Assembly (NCBI GenBank): GCA_050304755.1
Contig: JBNLED010000113.1
Span: 4,376 to 68,375 of the forward strand
Source: Polyangia bacterium
GTDB taxonomy: Bacteria; Myxococcota_A; Polyangia; JAAYKL01
Reading direction: 5' to 3'
Length of the DNA: 64,000 bases
Both the position numbers and the translations under genes were made by a program. Below the pieces are notes generated by a model. The model was given only the letters and a program-made list of their open reading frames with translations. It was not told the DNA's origin and did not search any database. Of this stretch, positions 20,120 through 29,269 are shown one piece after another; positions within the stretch are counted from its first letter, which is position 1, and each line of letters starts with the position of its first letter.

Positions 20120-20590
20120 AATCAATCTGCCTTTTAGTGCAAGCCAAAAGGACGAAACTTTTACCAGTAATTTCAAAAATGTGCGAAGTGCCACCAGGAC
20201 TCTGAGGGCTCAGCGGGTCACCCACGCCTGCCACCCCCAGCCCCGCTTCGCCGTTGGCGAGGAACGCCAACCGGTGATCGTACGCGATGGCGAGCCCGTT
20301 GGCCGTCTCCCCCCCGCAGGCAGCAGGCCGAGGAGAGACATCGAGGGGATATCGTAGATGAGCAGCCCCGCTTCGCCCCCGTTCACATACAGGGTATCCC
20401 GAACCCGCCACCCCCAGGTCGGCGCGCCGCCGCCGCTCATCGACTCGGTGGCAGTGAGCGAGGGATTCGAGAAGTCGGCGACGTGATCGAGCCGGAAGGG
20501 ATTCCCGGAGACGATCAGGAGATCCCATCGTCGGGCCCTCGGGTCTCTCCTCGTTGAAACGCAGCTGATAAGGCCTACACTATATAGCAC
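20120..20590 (-). pseudogene. Frameshifted remnant of an LVIVD-repeat (beta-propeller) protein gene
   Basis: Two minus-strand frames each carry LVIVD-like units: TLYVNGGEAGLLIYDI and GLAIAYDHRLAFLANGEAGLGVAGVGDPLSPQ. Neither frame has a plausible start or full length. The fragment sits in a gap between convergent and divergent genes. Confidence 0.35.
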
Positions 20591-20628
20591 GGCCGGTTGC
20601 CTTACGGTGAACCGTTCCGGTATGGCAA

Positions 20629-21600
20629 ATGAAACTGCTCTCGTCCATTGCTGTTTGCGTCATTCGGGGGATTCTTCTTCTCCAAGCCGGATGTTCCCTC
20701 GAGCCCACAGAGGGGCACTTTGTTTGTCGTGACGAGACCGACTGTCCGGCAAACTGGCGCTGTGTCAAAGGTGCCTGCTATTCATCGAAGTTTCTGTCCA
20801 AATCGGAAGAGTTCAGTACAGACTTTGGGGACGTGGATGCCGACGTTGACGTGGATACTGACGGTGACGTGGATACTGACGGTGATGCGGATGCCGACAG
20901 CGATATTGATGCAGATGGGGACGTCGACGGTGACACCGGTTCTGACCTTGAGAGTGATATCGGGAGCGATGGGGATACCGACACGGATGGGGATGCTGAC
21001 GCGGATGGAGACACCGACAGCGACGCGGATGCCGATGGGGATATCGACAGCGATACAATCACCGATGTCGGGACTGGATCTGGAATGGCAGCGTGTTCCC
21101 GCTCCTGCATGCCGCTGTCCGACTGCGAGACACTGAACGGGACGGCCGTGGACGATGCGGTCTGCGAAACAGGGGCCTGCTGCAATCTAAGCGACCTCGA
21201 CCCGGCGGACTTTGACCAGTTCTGCACCGAGGGCGACTGCGGCGGGGACTGCGGGAATAAGGGCTGCAGCTCGTACTGCAATACCGATCAGAGCTGTCAA
21301 CTCGGCTGCGACGAGGGCGAGTGCATCTTGGTGAGCGCCGGGAGCGGCGAGAGCGGGATTGTCTGCGACAAGAAGGGGTGCCTGATCGCGAACTTCGGTT
21401 CCGGCGATATGGGCAGTATTTCGTGCGCCAAGGGCAATTGCACCGTCTATTGTCTTGGCGACGGAGGATGTGCCATCCTTGACTGCGAGGGCGGAGGATG
21501 CGCCATCGAGGGGTGCCCGGGTGAGGTGGAACCCTGCGGAGATAAGAACGGACTGATCTGTGGGATGAGCTGTCCTTTTGTGGCTCATCACGACCTGTAG
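20629..21600 (+). CDS. Lipoprotein with an acidic (D-x)n repeat linker and a C-terminal Cys/Gly-rich domain
   Basis: The N-terminus MKLLSSIAVCVIRGILLLQAGCS carries a lipobox. The repeat is DVDADVDVDTDGDVDTDGDADADSD.... The C-terminus is CxxGxC-rich (GDCGGDCGNKGCSSYCNTDQSCQLGCDEGEC). Confidence 0.65.
   Translation: MKLLSSIAVCVIRGILLLQAGCSLEPTEGHFVCRDETDCPANWRCVKGACYSSKFLSKSEEFSTDFGDVDADVDVDTDGDVDTDGDADADSDIDADGDVDGDTGSDLESDIGSDGDTDTDGDADADGDTDSDADADGDIDSDTITDVGTGSGMAACSRSCMPLSDCETLNGTAVDDAVCETGACCNLSDLDPADFDQFCTEGDCGGDCGNKGCSSYCNTDQSCQLGCDEGECILVSAGSGESGIVCDKKGCLIANFGSGDMGSISCAKGNCTVYCLGDGGCAILDCEGGGCAIEGCPGEVEPCGDKNGLICGMSCPFVAHHDL
20830..21060 (+). repeat. Coding tandem GAC/GAT-rich repeat encoding (D-T/V/A/G)n
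   Basis: The 6-12-nt periodicity (gatactgacggtgacgtg...) is visible directly in the sequence. Confidence 0.6.
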
Positions 21601-21626
21601 CTTGTCAACAATATCATATTGCCTGA

Positions 21627-21646
21627 CCGTCCATCGCCTTGGACGG
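21627..21646 (+). terminator. Hairpin CCGTCCA-tcgcct-TGGACGG, 27 nt downstream of the 20629-21600 stop; no T-tract follows
   Basis: A 7-bp perfect inverted repeat is seen in the sequence. A CCCC-TTC-GGGG (UUCG-like) hairpin also lies at about 21768-21778. Confidence 0.25.
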
Positions 21647-21966
21647 CGAAGGGGTCGTTAGCGATCGCTCGGTTTCGCAGGGCCCTGATAAAACATACTT
21701 GTTTTATAATTACTCTCATGTCTCACGTGTAAAACGCTTTTGTTTTACTAAATTGACACCTGACCCTCGCCCCTTCGGGGTCGATACGGACGACGACGCC
21801 GACGCCTGCCTCGTCATCGATTCATGAATCCTGGACGGCGTCGCCTCATCGAGCAGCGGCAGCGGCTCCTGCGGTTGTCAGGCCGTGGGGCAGCGCGCGC
21901 CTCGAATCAACGTCGTGAGAGCGTTACACGGGCTCCTCGGGGTATTCTAATCGGCTCGTAAATCGC

Positions 21967-23520
21967 TCAGCCCGGCGGCAGGCAGCCGAACACGAAGTCG
22001 ACGCGCTCCGTCTGTCCGTGCTTCAGGCGCTCGCAGGAGGCGGGGCAGAGCTCGGCGGTCAGGCACTGCTCGAGGGGCGTACTGAAGTCCGGCGCCGCCG
22101 TCATCCCCTTCCAGTACCACCCCTCCCCGGCGCCGCACTCGGAGGCCACGCCCCGCGCCGGGATATCCCGCGCGACATCGCCGTCCCGCTCCCTCGCCGC
22201 CACCAGGTTGCATCCCTTGGTGACCCCCGGCTGGCCCGGGACCGCCTCCCACGCCATGTGAAAGACGCAGGGGGTGGCCTCGGCGACGATCTCGTCGAAC
22301 GCTTCCGTCACGGCGGCGGGATCGGCGGCAGCGAAATAGTCCCGCTCGCCGTCGGCGCTGCCGCTGTTGGCGAGGGCGGTCATCACCTGCGAGAAAGCGG
22401 CCACCTCACCGACACCGACGACGAAGGTCTCGATCCCCATCTCGTCGAGCAGCCGCTCGATCGCGGCGGTGGCGCAGGCGTCGTCCACGCACTGGACCGG
22501 ATGGACCGGGGGGCTGCCGTCCAGAAGGCCGGTCGTACAGGTGTCCTTGTTCAGCGAGTCGTTGCAGTTGGGGGGACCGTCCGTCACGAGCAGAACGGAG
22601 GTCGGATTCTCCGATATCGTTTCGGGGAGGAGGAGCAGGTGTTCCTCCAGTGCCCACAGGAGGGAGTCGCAGATGGGGGCACCGCCGCAGGTGTCCAGCG
22701 TCATGAGATAATCCCGAATCAACGCGCCGTTGTTCAACCCCAGCGGCACCGGGATCTGATTGGCGGGAACGCATCGATCCATTATGTCGGAATCATCGCC
22801 GGGAATACAGTCGATGGACGGGAAGGGGATGAGCCCGAAGTTGATCCGGGTGTCCAGAGAGGTGACCATCTCCGACAGGGCCTCATCGACGATATGCTCG
22901 TAGGTGGAATCGCCAAAGGTAGACTGACTCATCGAAAGCGATCGATCGAGGAGGATCAGCAGGTTGATCTCCTGAAGCGCGACGGCCTGCGGAATGGCGC
23001 GACACCCTGCAGTGTCCGTGTCCGTGTCCGCGTCCGTATCCGCGTCCGTATCGACATCCGTATCCGCGTCCGTATCCGCGTCCGTATCCGCGTCCGTATC
23101 GACATCCGTATCCGCGTCGGTGTCCGCATCCGTGTCCCCGTCGGTGTCCACATCCGTGTCCCCGTCGGTGTCCACATCCGTGTCCCCGTCGGTGTCTACA
23201 TCCGTATCCGCGTCCGTGTCCACATCCGTATCCGCATCCGTATCCGCGTCCGTGTCCGCGTCCGTGTCCGCGTCCGTTCCGATCTCCGTGTCCATCTCCC
23301 CGGAGGCGACACAGGTTGCGGTTCCGAGGACCGTGGTGCATGCCATATCCTGGACTAAGCAGTCGTCCCAGTCCGTCCAGACGCCGTCGTCACACCGCTG
23401 GATCAGGTCACCGGCGCAACGGGTCTCCTCGTCCTCGCAATCCCCCGAGAGATCCACCGATCGGGTACACGCCGCGATCGTCAAGAGGACTATAGTCAAT
23501 GTTCCGATTCTTATGGTCAT
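21967..23520 (-). CDS. von Willebrand factor type A (vWA) domain lipoprotein with an acidic (DTDA/DTDV)n repeat
   Basis: The N-terminus MTIRIGTLTIVLLTIAAC carries a lipobox, and a GGAGG ribosome-binding site lies upstream of ATG 23520. The MIDAS motif is LLILLDRSLSMS (DxSxS), and a typical vWA body follows (VLLVTDGPPN). Confidence 0.8.
   Translation of the reverse strand: MTIRIGTLTIVLLTIAACTRSVDLSGDCEDEETRCAGDLIQRCDDGVWTDWDDCLVQDMACTTVLGTATCVASGEMDTEIGTDADTDADTDADTDADTDVDTDADTDVDTDGDTDVDTDGDTDVDTDGDTDADTDADTDVDTDADTDADTDADTDVDTDADTDADTDTDTAGCRAIPQAVALQEINLLILLDRSLSMSQSTFGDSTYEHIVDEALSEMVTSLDTRINFGLIPFPSIDCIPGDDSDIMDRCVPANQIPVPLGLNNGALIRDYLMTLDTCGGAPICDSLLWALEEHLLLLPETISENPTSVLLVTDGPPNCNDSLNKDTCTTGLLDGSPPVHPVQCVDDACATAAIERLLDEMGIETFVVGVGEVAAFSQVMTALANSGSADGERDYFAAADPAAVTEAFDEIVAEATPCVFHMAWEAVPGQPGVTKGCNLVAARERDGDVARDIPARGVASECGAGEGWYWKGMTAAPDFSTPLEQCLTAELCPASCERLKHGQTERVDFVFGCLPPG
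22990..23300 (-). repeat. Coding tandem 12-nt-unit repeat (gtccgtatccgc...) encoding (DTDADTDV)n
   Basis: The repeat is a direct sequence observation. Confidence 0.6.
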
Positions 23521-23850
23521 TTCACCCTCCCAAAAAACGCGACCTGTACGGTTGGAGTCCACTCATTCTTGTCCACCGCAATTGCGCCCCTCGAAGTCAA
23601 CCGAACCGGTCGAAAATTGGTTTCGCGATATCGCGCCGAGCCTATCTCACGAGCTGAAGCCTCAGAATCTGATGATACCATAATTCCAATGCTCTAGTAT
23701 TCAAACGTTCACGGTGTACCTCGAGCCACCACGGCTTTCGACGATCTCCTGTAAAATCCAAAAAAAGCCGGTTAAATTGGAAACTTTTTCGGCGATCCGT
23801 CCGAGAAGGAGGGCATGGCAAGAACCGCATCAACTTTCAGGGAGGTTTCC

Positions 23851-24795
23851 ATGTCCGAAAAACACATCAACATCATCGCCTGGCTGCTCCTGGCCGCGGC
23901 GCTCACCGCGTGCGCTTCCCGCAAGCCCCCGGAGGTGCTCTACGCGTCGGACGCCCTCTATCGGAAGAACCCTATCCGCAACGTCGCGGTGTGGGTGGAG
24001 ACCGAGGTGCGCTTCCCCCGCTGGGAGAACAAGGGCGCCATCGGCTACAGGGCGAGCCGGGGGGCCGCGGAGAAGGCCGCCCCCACCGTGTCCGCCGTCC
24101 TGATGGGCAAAGGGTATGCCGTCGTGGCGGCCAAGGCGGCGGCGGTGAGCTATCCGGCGCCGGTGGCCTTTCGCAACGAAGCCGGCGAAAGATGGGTGAT
24201 CGATTCCAAGGTGGAGGGCAAGTCCTGGACCGTCCCCCTGAACGAGCCGGTGTACGTCTTCGACGAGTCGTTCGGAACGCCGGAGACCGCCCGGTGTGTG
24301 CAGCTTCTCTCCGAGAGCGAGAGCCTCGCCCACTTCCGCCAGGACTATCGGGAGCGGGGGCTCGACCGGTCGGTGGCCGCCCGGCTGGCCCGGGAGACCG
24401 GCGCCGACACCCTGTGCCGGGTGTTCGTCTTCGGAAACACCACCACCGGCGGACGGAAGACGGCCAACGCCTTCATGAACGCCATTCCCTACGTCTCCGC
24501 CAGGGACGATGACCTGACCACGGCGCGCGTCTCGTGCTACGGCGCAAGTGACGGTGGGCTGGTCTTCTCCAATGAGGTCATGCTGGCGAGCAACCCGACG
24601 CTGCCGCTCCCCATGCTCTTCGAGACCCTGCTCGAACACCTTCCGGACGCGAACGAGCCCATGGATCCGACGGTCGTGCTCGCGCGGCTTCAACCGCCCG
24701 GCACGACGATCCTGGTGGATCCCTACCCCACCGTGTCCGCTCCCCCCGCTCCCGCGGAGACCGCCGCCGCCGAGGCGCCGGACGATGGCGAATGA
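23851..24795 (+). CDS. Lipoprotein of unknown function
   Basis: An AGGGAGG ribosome-binding site lies 6 nt upstream of ATG 23851. The N-terminus MSEKHINIIAWLLLAAALTACAS carries a lipobox. No recognised domain was found. Confidence 0.6.
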   Translation: MSEKHINIIAWLLLAAALTACASRKPPEVLYASDALYRKNPIRNVAVWVETEVRFPRWENKGAIGYRASRGAAEKAAPTVSAVLMGKGYAVVAAKAAAVSYPAPVAFRNEAGERWVIDSKVEGKSWTVPLNEPVYVFDESFGTPETARCVQLLSESESLAHFRQDYRERGLDRSVAARLARETGADTLCRVFVFGNTTTGGRKTANAFMNAIPYVSARDDDLTTARVSCYGASDGGLVFSNEVMLASNPTLPLPMLFETLLEHLPDANEPMDPTVVLARLQPPGTTILVDPYPTVSAPPAPAETAAAEAPDDGE

Positions 24796-24921
24796 GTTTC
24801 GTCTGTAGGTGCCCCTTGAGGGTGCCCGCGTCTGGGGGGTTTACTTGTAAGCCCCCTATTTCACCGGCCTCAAAAAAATGCTATCCTCTTGTAATATCAA
24901 ACCCGAAAAGAAAGGACTGGC

Positions 24922-26433
24922 ATGTCAAAGATAGGGTGGATGTTAATAGTTATTATAATGATCGGCTGGACGGCGGGTTGCGGCAGCGAGAACGGCGGCG
25001 CTGACAACAACGACGTTGATTCCGCGGCGGATGGGGACGCGGACGGGGACGCGGACGGGGACGCGGATGGAGACGGCGATGGAGACGGTGATGGGGACAC
25101 CGATACGGACGCCGACACCGATACCGACGCGGACACCGATACCGACGCGGACACCGATACCGACGCGGACACCGATACCGACGCGGACACCGATACCGAC
25201 GCAGATACTGACGCCGACACCGACACCGACGCGGACACCGATACCGACGCGGACACCGATACCGACGCAGATACTGACGCCGATACCGATACCGACGCGG
25301 ATACCGATACCGACGCGGACACCGATACCGACACGGACACCGATAGCGACGCCGATACCGACGCGGACAGCGACGGTGACGCTGATGCGGATACCGACGC
25401 CGATACCGACGCAGACACCGACACGGACACCGACGGGGAGTGCTCCAATGTGGGCGACGACGCCAACCCGGATCGGATCTGTATCCGGGGAAAGGCCTAC
25501 TACATGAACGGGATCAACGTGGCATGGGACCAATGGGACGGGGACCTGACGGGCTACAACGCAGCCAATTTCGAAGCGATGTTCGCCACCCTGGAGAGCT
25601 CCGGCGCCAACGCCGTCCGCTGGTGGTGGTTTACCGACGGCCTGTATCAGCTCTCGTATGACGGCCACATCGTTCAACCCCTGGCCCAGGAGATCTTCGA
25701 CAACCTCGACGTCGCGTTCGACGCGGCGGCCGCGCACGGCGTGCTCATCATGCCCTGCCTGCTGTCGTTCGACATCTCCAACTCCGGCATGACGTTCCTC
25801 GTGACCGAGGACGAGGCCCTGGACGCGTTCAACGAGCGGGTGGTGACCCCCATCGTGGAGCGCTACACCGACCATGACGGCATGGGAATCTGGGAGATCA
25901 TGAACGAGCCGGACTGGCTTCTCGAGAGCGAGGGCGGCGAGGTCTCGATGGCGGCCCTGCAGCGATTCCACGGGAAGACGGCGGCGGCCATCCACGCCGC
26001 GGATTCGGACGCTGTCGTCACCACGGGCATGGGGATGTTCAAGTACATGGTCGAAGGGGGGAACGCCGTTTCCGATGAGGCGCTGCAGGATGCCGCCGAC
26101 GGTGATCCCCTCGCCTTCTTCGATGTCTACCAGACCCACTACTACCCCTGGCAGCACGGCTCGGGGTGGAGCTATGAGCCCTGGATCAACACCAGCAGCG
26201 ATTGGCTCCCCTACGGCAAGCCGGTCATCATCGGCGAGTTCCCCTGCAAGGGGGAGCCCGGCGTATGGAGCAGCATGGAGATGCACACCGAGTCGGTTAC
26301 CCAGGGCTACGCGGGCACCTTCTGCTGGGCCTACTTCGACAACCGGGCCGACGACGAGGGGTACTGGCCGGACGCGAGGCCCGGCATCGAGGCCATCGCG
26401 GATCTCATTCCGGAGGCCATCACCGGCGAGTAG
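24922..26433 (+). CDS. Glycoside hydrolase family 5-like lipoprotein (mannanase/cellulase-type) with an N-terminal ([10 protein letters not shown])n acidic repeat
   Basis: An AAAGGA ribosome-binding site precedes the start. The N-terminus [22 protein letters not shown] carries a lipobox. The GH5 signatures are the acid/base motif IWEIMNEP and the nucleophile motif IIGEFP, with a preceding NAVRWW block. Confidence 0.8.
   Translation: MSKIGWMLIVIIMIGWTAGCGSENGGADNNDVDSAADGDADGDADGDADGDGDGDGDGDTDTDADTDTDADTDTDADTDTDADTDTDADTDTDADTDADTDTDADTDTDADTDTDADTDADTDTDADTDTDADTDTDTDTDSDADTDADSDGDADADTDADTDADTDTDTDGECSNVGDDANPDRICIRGKAYYMNGINVAWDQWDGDLTGYNAANFEAMFATLESSGANAVRWWWFTDGLYQLSYDGHIVQPLAQEIFDNLDVAFDAAAAHGVLIMPCLLSFDISNSGMTFLVTEDEALDAFNERVVTPIVERYTDHDGMGIWEIMNEPDWLLESEGGEVSMAALQRFHGKTAAAIHAADSDAVVTTGMGMFKYMVEGGNAVSDEALQDAADGDPLAFFDVYQTHYYPWQHGSGWSYEPWINTSSDWLPYGKPVIIGEFPCKGEPGVWSSMEMHTESVTQGYAGTFCWAYFDNRADDEGYWPDARPGIEAIADLIPEAITGE
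25028..25437 (+). repeat. Coding tandem repeat, unit about 18 nt (gacaccgataccgacgcg = DTDTDA), about 20 copies
   Basis: The near-perfect direct repeats are visible in the sequence. Confidence 0.7.
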
Positions 26434-26445
26434 AGAGGTCTGTCT

Positions 26446-26742
26446 TTACGGTCGCCAGGCGTACGGGGGAGGGATGTTGATATCTTCGATAACGGCGTTC
26501 GGCGCGTCGTAGTCCAGCAGGCCCTTGTAAGATCCTTCGTTCTTGTTCTCGAGGTAAACGATATCGCCGTAGAGCACCGCCGTGCCCGCGACCCCGGAGA
26601 CGCCGGTCTGGCCGTCATAATGATCGATGGGGAGATAGGTGGCCCTCACCTCCGCGTCGTCGGTCACCATAAACTCAGCGCTGTTCATGACCGTCAATCC
26701 GCCCACCACGGCGTTGCCGGAGACATCTGACAACCGCTGCAT
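26446..26742 (-). CDS. Small hypothetical protein (98 aa)
   Basis: The ORF fits exactly between the converging GH5 and fibro-slime genes, and its composition is non-repetitive. No homology was recognised. Confidence 0.3.
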   Translation of the reverse strand: MQRLSDVSGNAVVGGLTVMNSAEFMVTDDAEVRATYLPIDHYDGQTGVSGVAGTAVLYGDIVYLENKNEGSYKGLLDYDAPNAVIEDINIPPPYAWRP

Positions 26743-26856
26743 CCCGCCTGTCGGCGTTGCTCGTCGGTCAAATACCCCCAGTATTCTCCACTCCTCGCGC
26801 CTTGCCGGACGGGCGCAGCGATTGCCAGCTTGGTAACTTTATTTTGACCAGAGACC

Positions 26857-27993
26857 TTACACCACGATGACGGGGATGAGGCAGTCGATGTTGGTGGTGA
26901 TGTGGAAGTTGGACTCCGACGGCTGGCGCTCGGCGTGGAAGATGTCCATGGTGTAGCTCCCGCCGGCGGTCATGCCGATCTCCGCCGCGAGCTCGTCCAT
27001 ATCGATGGTCCCCGTCGTCTCGATGTGAACGCCCCCGAGGTCCATGGCCAGGTACCCGTCGATGAACACCCAGAGATCGTCGTCGCCGGTGAAGCTGAAC
27101 ACCTGGCCCAGCTCGTAGACGAACCGCATGTGGATCTCGGTGGTGAAGTAGTAGTTGTGGGCCTGGTACTCGTTGGTCCACCCCTCGTCGTCGGCCACCG
27201 GGTAGTAGTCGTTGTTGCGGTACTCGAAGAGATCGTCCCCCACGACCGTGAGCGGGAGCTCCCGCTCGAAGGTGTAGTTGATCCCATCGATCGAGCGGTA
27301 CCACTGATCGAAGGTCTCGGCGCTCGTGATGCTGACGTGCCCGTCCGCGCTCCCGATGCTCGAGGCGAATTCCGGCTTCTGGTCCACGCCGAGCTGCGTC
27401 TCGACGAGCCCGGTGGCCAGCGCACAGCAATGGTCACCGAAATCCTCGTGCTGATACGAAAAATCGCGGACCACCGCCTTCAGCATGGGCTCGCACTCCT
27501 CCGCTCCGCTGTCCGGTCCCGCGTCGGCGTCCACGTCCGCGTCTACGTCGGAATCCACATCCGTATCGACGTCCGTGTCCACGTCGGTGTCCACATCCGT
27601 ATCGGTATCCGTATCCCCGTCCGTATCGGTATCGGTGTCCGCGTCCCCGTCCATGTCCGTATCCGTGTCCCCGTCCATGTCCGTATCCGTGTCCCCATCC
27701 GCGTCCGAGTCGCTGTCGCCATCCGTGTCGGCGTCCGAGTCGCTGTCGCTGTCCGCGTCGGTATCCGTATCTCCGTCCGCATCGACATCCGAGTCGCCGT
27801 CACTGTCGGCGTCGCCCTCCGCGCCCGGTTCCCCCGATCCCGTATCGGCGGTCTCCGCGTCGTCGGGATCGGAGCCGGAGGGGGGAACGTAGGCCTCTCG
27901 TACGATGTTGGGAACTGTTGTATCGGAGCACCCGAGCCCCAGAATCACCGCGAGACTCATCCCCGCTATTACATTCATGGCAAGTCGTATCAT
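26857..27993 (-). CDS. Fibro-slime domain lipoprotein with an acidic (DxDxD)n repeat
   Basis: The start was chosen at ATG 27993 (MIRLAMNVIAGMSLAVILGLGCSD, a lipobox). The fibro-slime (PA14-like) motifs are NDYYPVADDEGW...HNYYFTTE...FSFTGDDDLWVFIDGYLAMDLGGVH...YTMDIFHAERQPSESNFHITTNI. Confidence 0.8.
   Translation of the reverse strand: MIRLAMNVIAGMSLAVILGLGCSDTTVPNIVREAYVPPSGSDPDDAETADTGSGEPGAEGDADSDGDSDVDADGDTDTDADSDSDSDADTDGDSDSDADGDTDTDMDGDTDTDMDGDADTDTDTDGDTDTDTDVDTDVDTDVDTDVDSDVDADVDADAGPDSGAEECEPMLKAVVRDFSYQHEDFGDHCCALATGLVETQLGVDQKPEFASSIGSADGHVSITSAETFDQWYRSIDGINYTFERELPLTVVGDDLFEYRNNDYYPVADDEGWTNEYQAHNYYFTTEIHMRFVYELGQVFSFTGDDDLWVFIDGYLAMDLGGVHIETTGTIDMDELAAEIGMTAGGSYTMDIFHAERQPSESNFHITTNIDCLIPVIVV
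27530..27830 (-). repeat. Coding tandem GAC-rich repeat encoding (DSD/DTD/DVD)n
   Basis: The repeat is a direct sequence observation. Confidence 0.6.
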
Positions 27994-28061
27994 TACATCG
28001 AACAGTATATACGATATGGGCCGCGGATATCTAATACAAACCTCTGTCCAGGCGACGGCCT

Positions 28062-29120
28062 TCACCCGGGGAGGGTGTCGGCGCCCGCGCAGCCGCCGGG
28101 GGACAACGGTCGCCGGGTGTGGGGACCGCAGTGACATCGCGGCCCGAGCCTGCACCGCGGCGGCGCCTCCGAGGCGGCGCCTTCCGGTGGCGCAGAGCGG
28201 GCATCGCCCCCGAGGCCGGCGTTTCGCAGCGCCGCGGCCCGCTCCCGTATCCGCTCCGATCGGGTACGCCGGAGGTCCCGGGCCAGGCCGACCGCCCAGA
28301 GCGCGCGGATGAGCCACTTGGTGGGATCCCACTGCCACCACCGCACGCCGTTGCGATAGTCGCCGGGAAAGGCGTGATGAAAGTTATGGTACCCCTCGCC
28401 GAAGGTCAGCAGGGCGAGGACGGGATTGTCCCTGGCGGTGTTCTTCTCCGAATACGGCCGGGCGCCCCATTTGTGGGCCAGGGAGTTGATGAGGAAGGTG
28501 GTCTGGTGGCACACCACGAGGCGCAGAAACCCGACGAGGATCAGCGCGCCCGGGATGTCGCCGATGATCGCGCCGACGGCGATGGGGACGAGGAGGTTCA
28601 GCGCGACGCCGAGCCGGAGGTAGAAGCGGTGTTGAAACCGGACCACGGGATCCGCCATCAGATCCTTCACGTTGGAGAAATCGAGGGGCGCGCTCGGATA
28701 GTCCCGGAGCATCCACCCCATGTGGGAGAACCAGAACCCCCGCCGGGCGGAGTACGGATCCCGATCGTTGTCATCCACGTAGCGGTGGTGACGCCGGTGG
28801 TCCGAGGCCCACTTGAGGATCGAGTTCTGTAGGGCGAACGCGCCGCCCAGCGCGAACAGCAGGCGGACGACGAAACCGGCCCGGAAGGTCTTGTGGGACC
28901 AGAGGCGGTGGTACCCGGCGGTGATGGAGAGGTTGTTGAGCGCGGCGAACAGGGCGAACATCCCCCAGGTCGCACCGTCGAACCCGTGATACCACCCGTA
29001 CCAGGGGACCGCCACCGCGGTGACGAGCAGCGTTCCGGCGAACGTGATGATGACCTCCCAGCGCCTGGGCGCGGCGGCGAAGGCGCGGGATGAAAGCGCG
29101 CTACGGGTTTCCTGTGACAT
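28062..29120 (-). CDS. Acyl-CoA/acyl-lipid delta-9-type fatty acid desaturase (membrane di-iron protein), with an approximately 60-aa Arg/Pro-rich C-terminal extension
   Basis: The three histidine boxes are HRLWSH, HRRHH and HNFHHAFP. Four hydrophobic helices are present. Confidence 0.8.
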   Translation of the reverse strand: MSQETRSALSSRAFAAAPRRWEVIITFAGTLLVTAVAVPWYGWYHGFDGATWGMFALFAALNNLSITAGYHRLWSHKTFRAGFVVRLLFALGGAFALQNSILKWASDHRRHHRYVDDNDRDPYSARRGFWFSHMGWMLRDYPSAPLDFSNVKDLMADPVVRFQHRFYLRLGVALNLLVPIAVGAIIGDIPGALILVGFLRLVVCHQTTFLINSLAHKWGARPYSEKNTARDNPVLALLTFGEGYHNFHHAFPGDYRNGVRWWQWDPTKWLIRALWAVGLARDLRRTRSERIRERAAALRNAGLGGDARSAPPEGAASEAPPRCRLGPRCHCGPHTRRPLSPGGCAGADTLPG

Positions 29121-29269
29121 GAGAACACGTCCTTTCTTCGAGACACACCGGAGGCAGGCTCCCGTGTCGTCAAGGTGAATCGTCGCAGCCCCCGGTCATG
29201 GAATTGTCATCCGCCGTCGAATCCGGGGAATCGAAGTGTCGAGGCTTCGAACGAGCTCCAGGACACGAC

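Noticed and set aside
25028-25437. Possible CRISPR-like array from regular short direct repeats
   Set aside because: The repeats are contiguous, 12-18 nt, in frame and translate to (DTDTDA)n inside a GH5 lipoprotein gene. There are no spacers and no cas genes, so this is a coding tandem repeat.
29200-29235. A tRNA-like T-loop resemblance (gtcgaatccgg) in the gap after the desaturase
   Set aside because: No acceptor stem, anticodon arm or cloverleaf can be built around it, and the conserved GTTC is absent.
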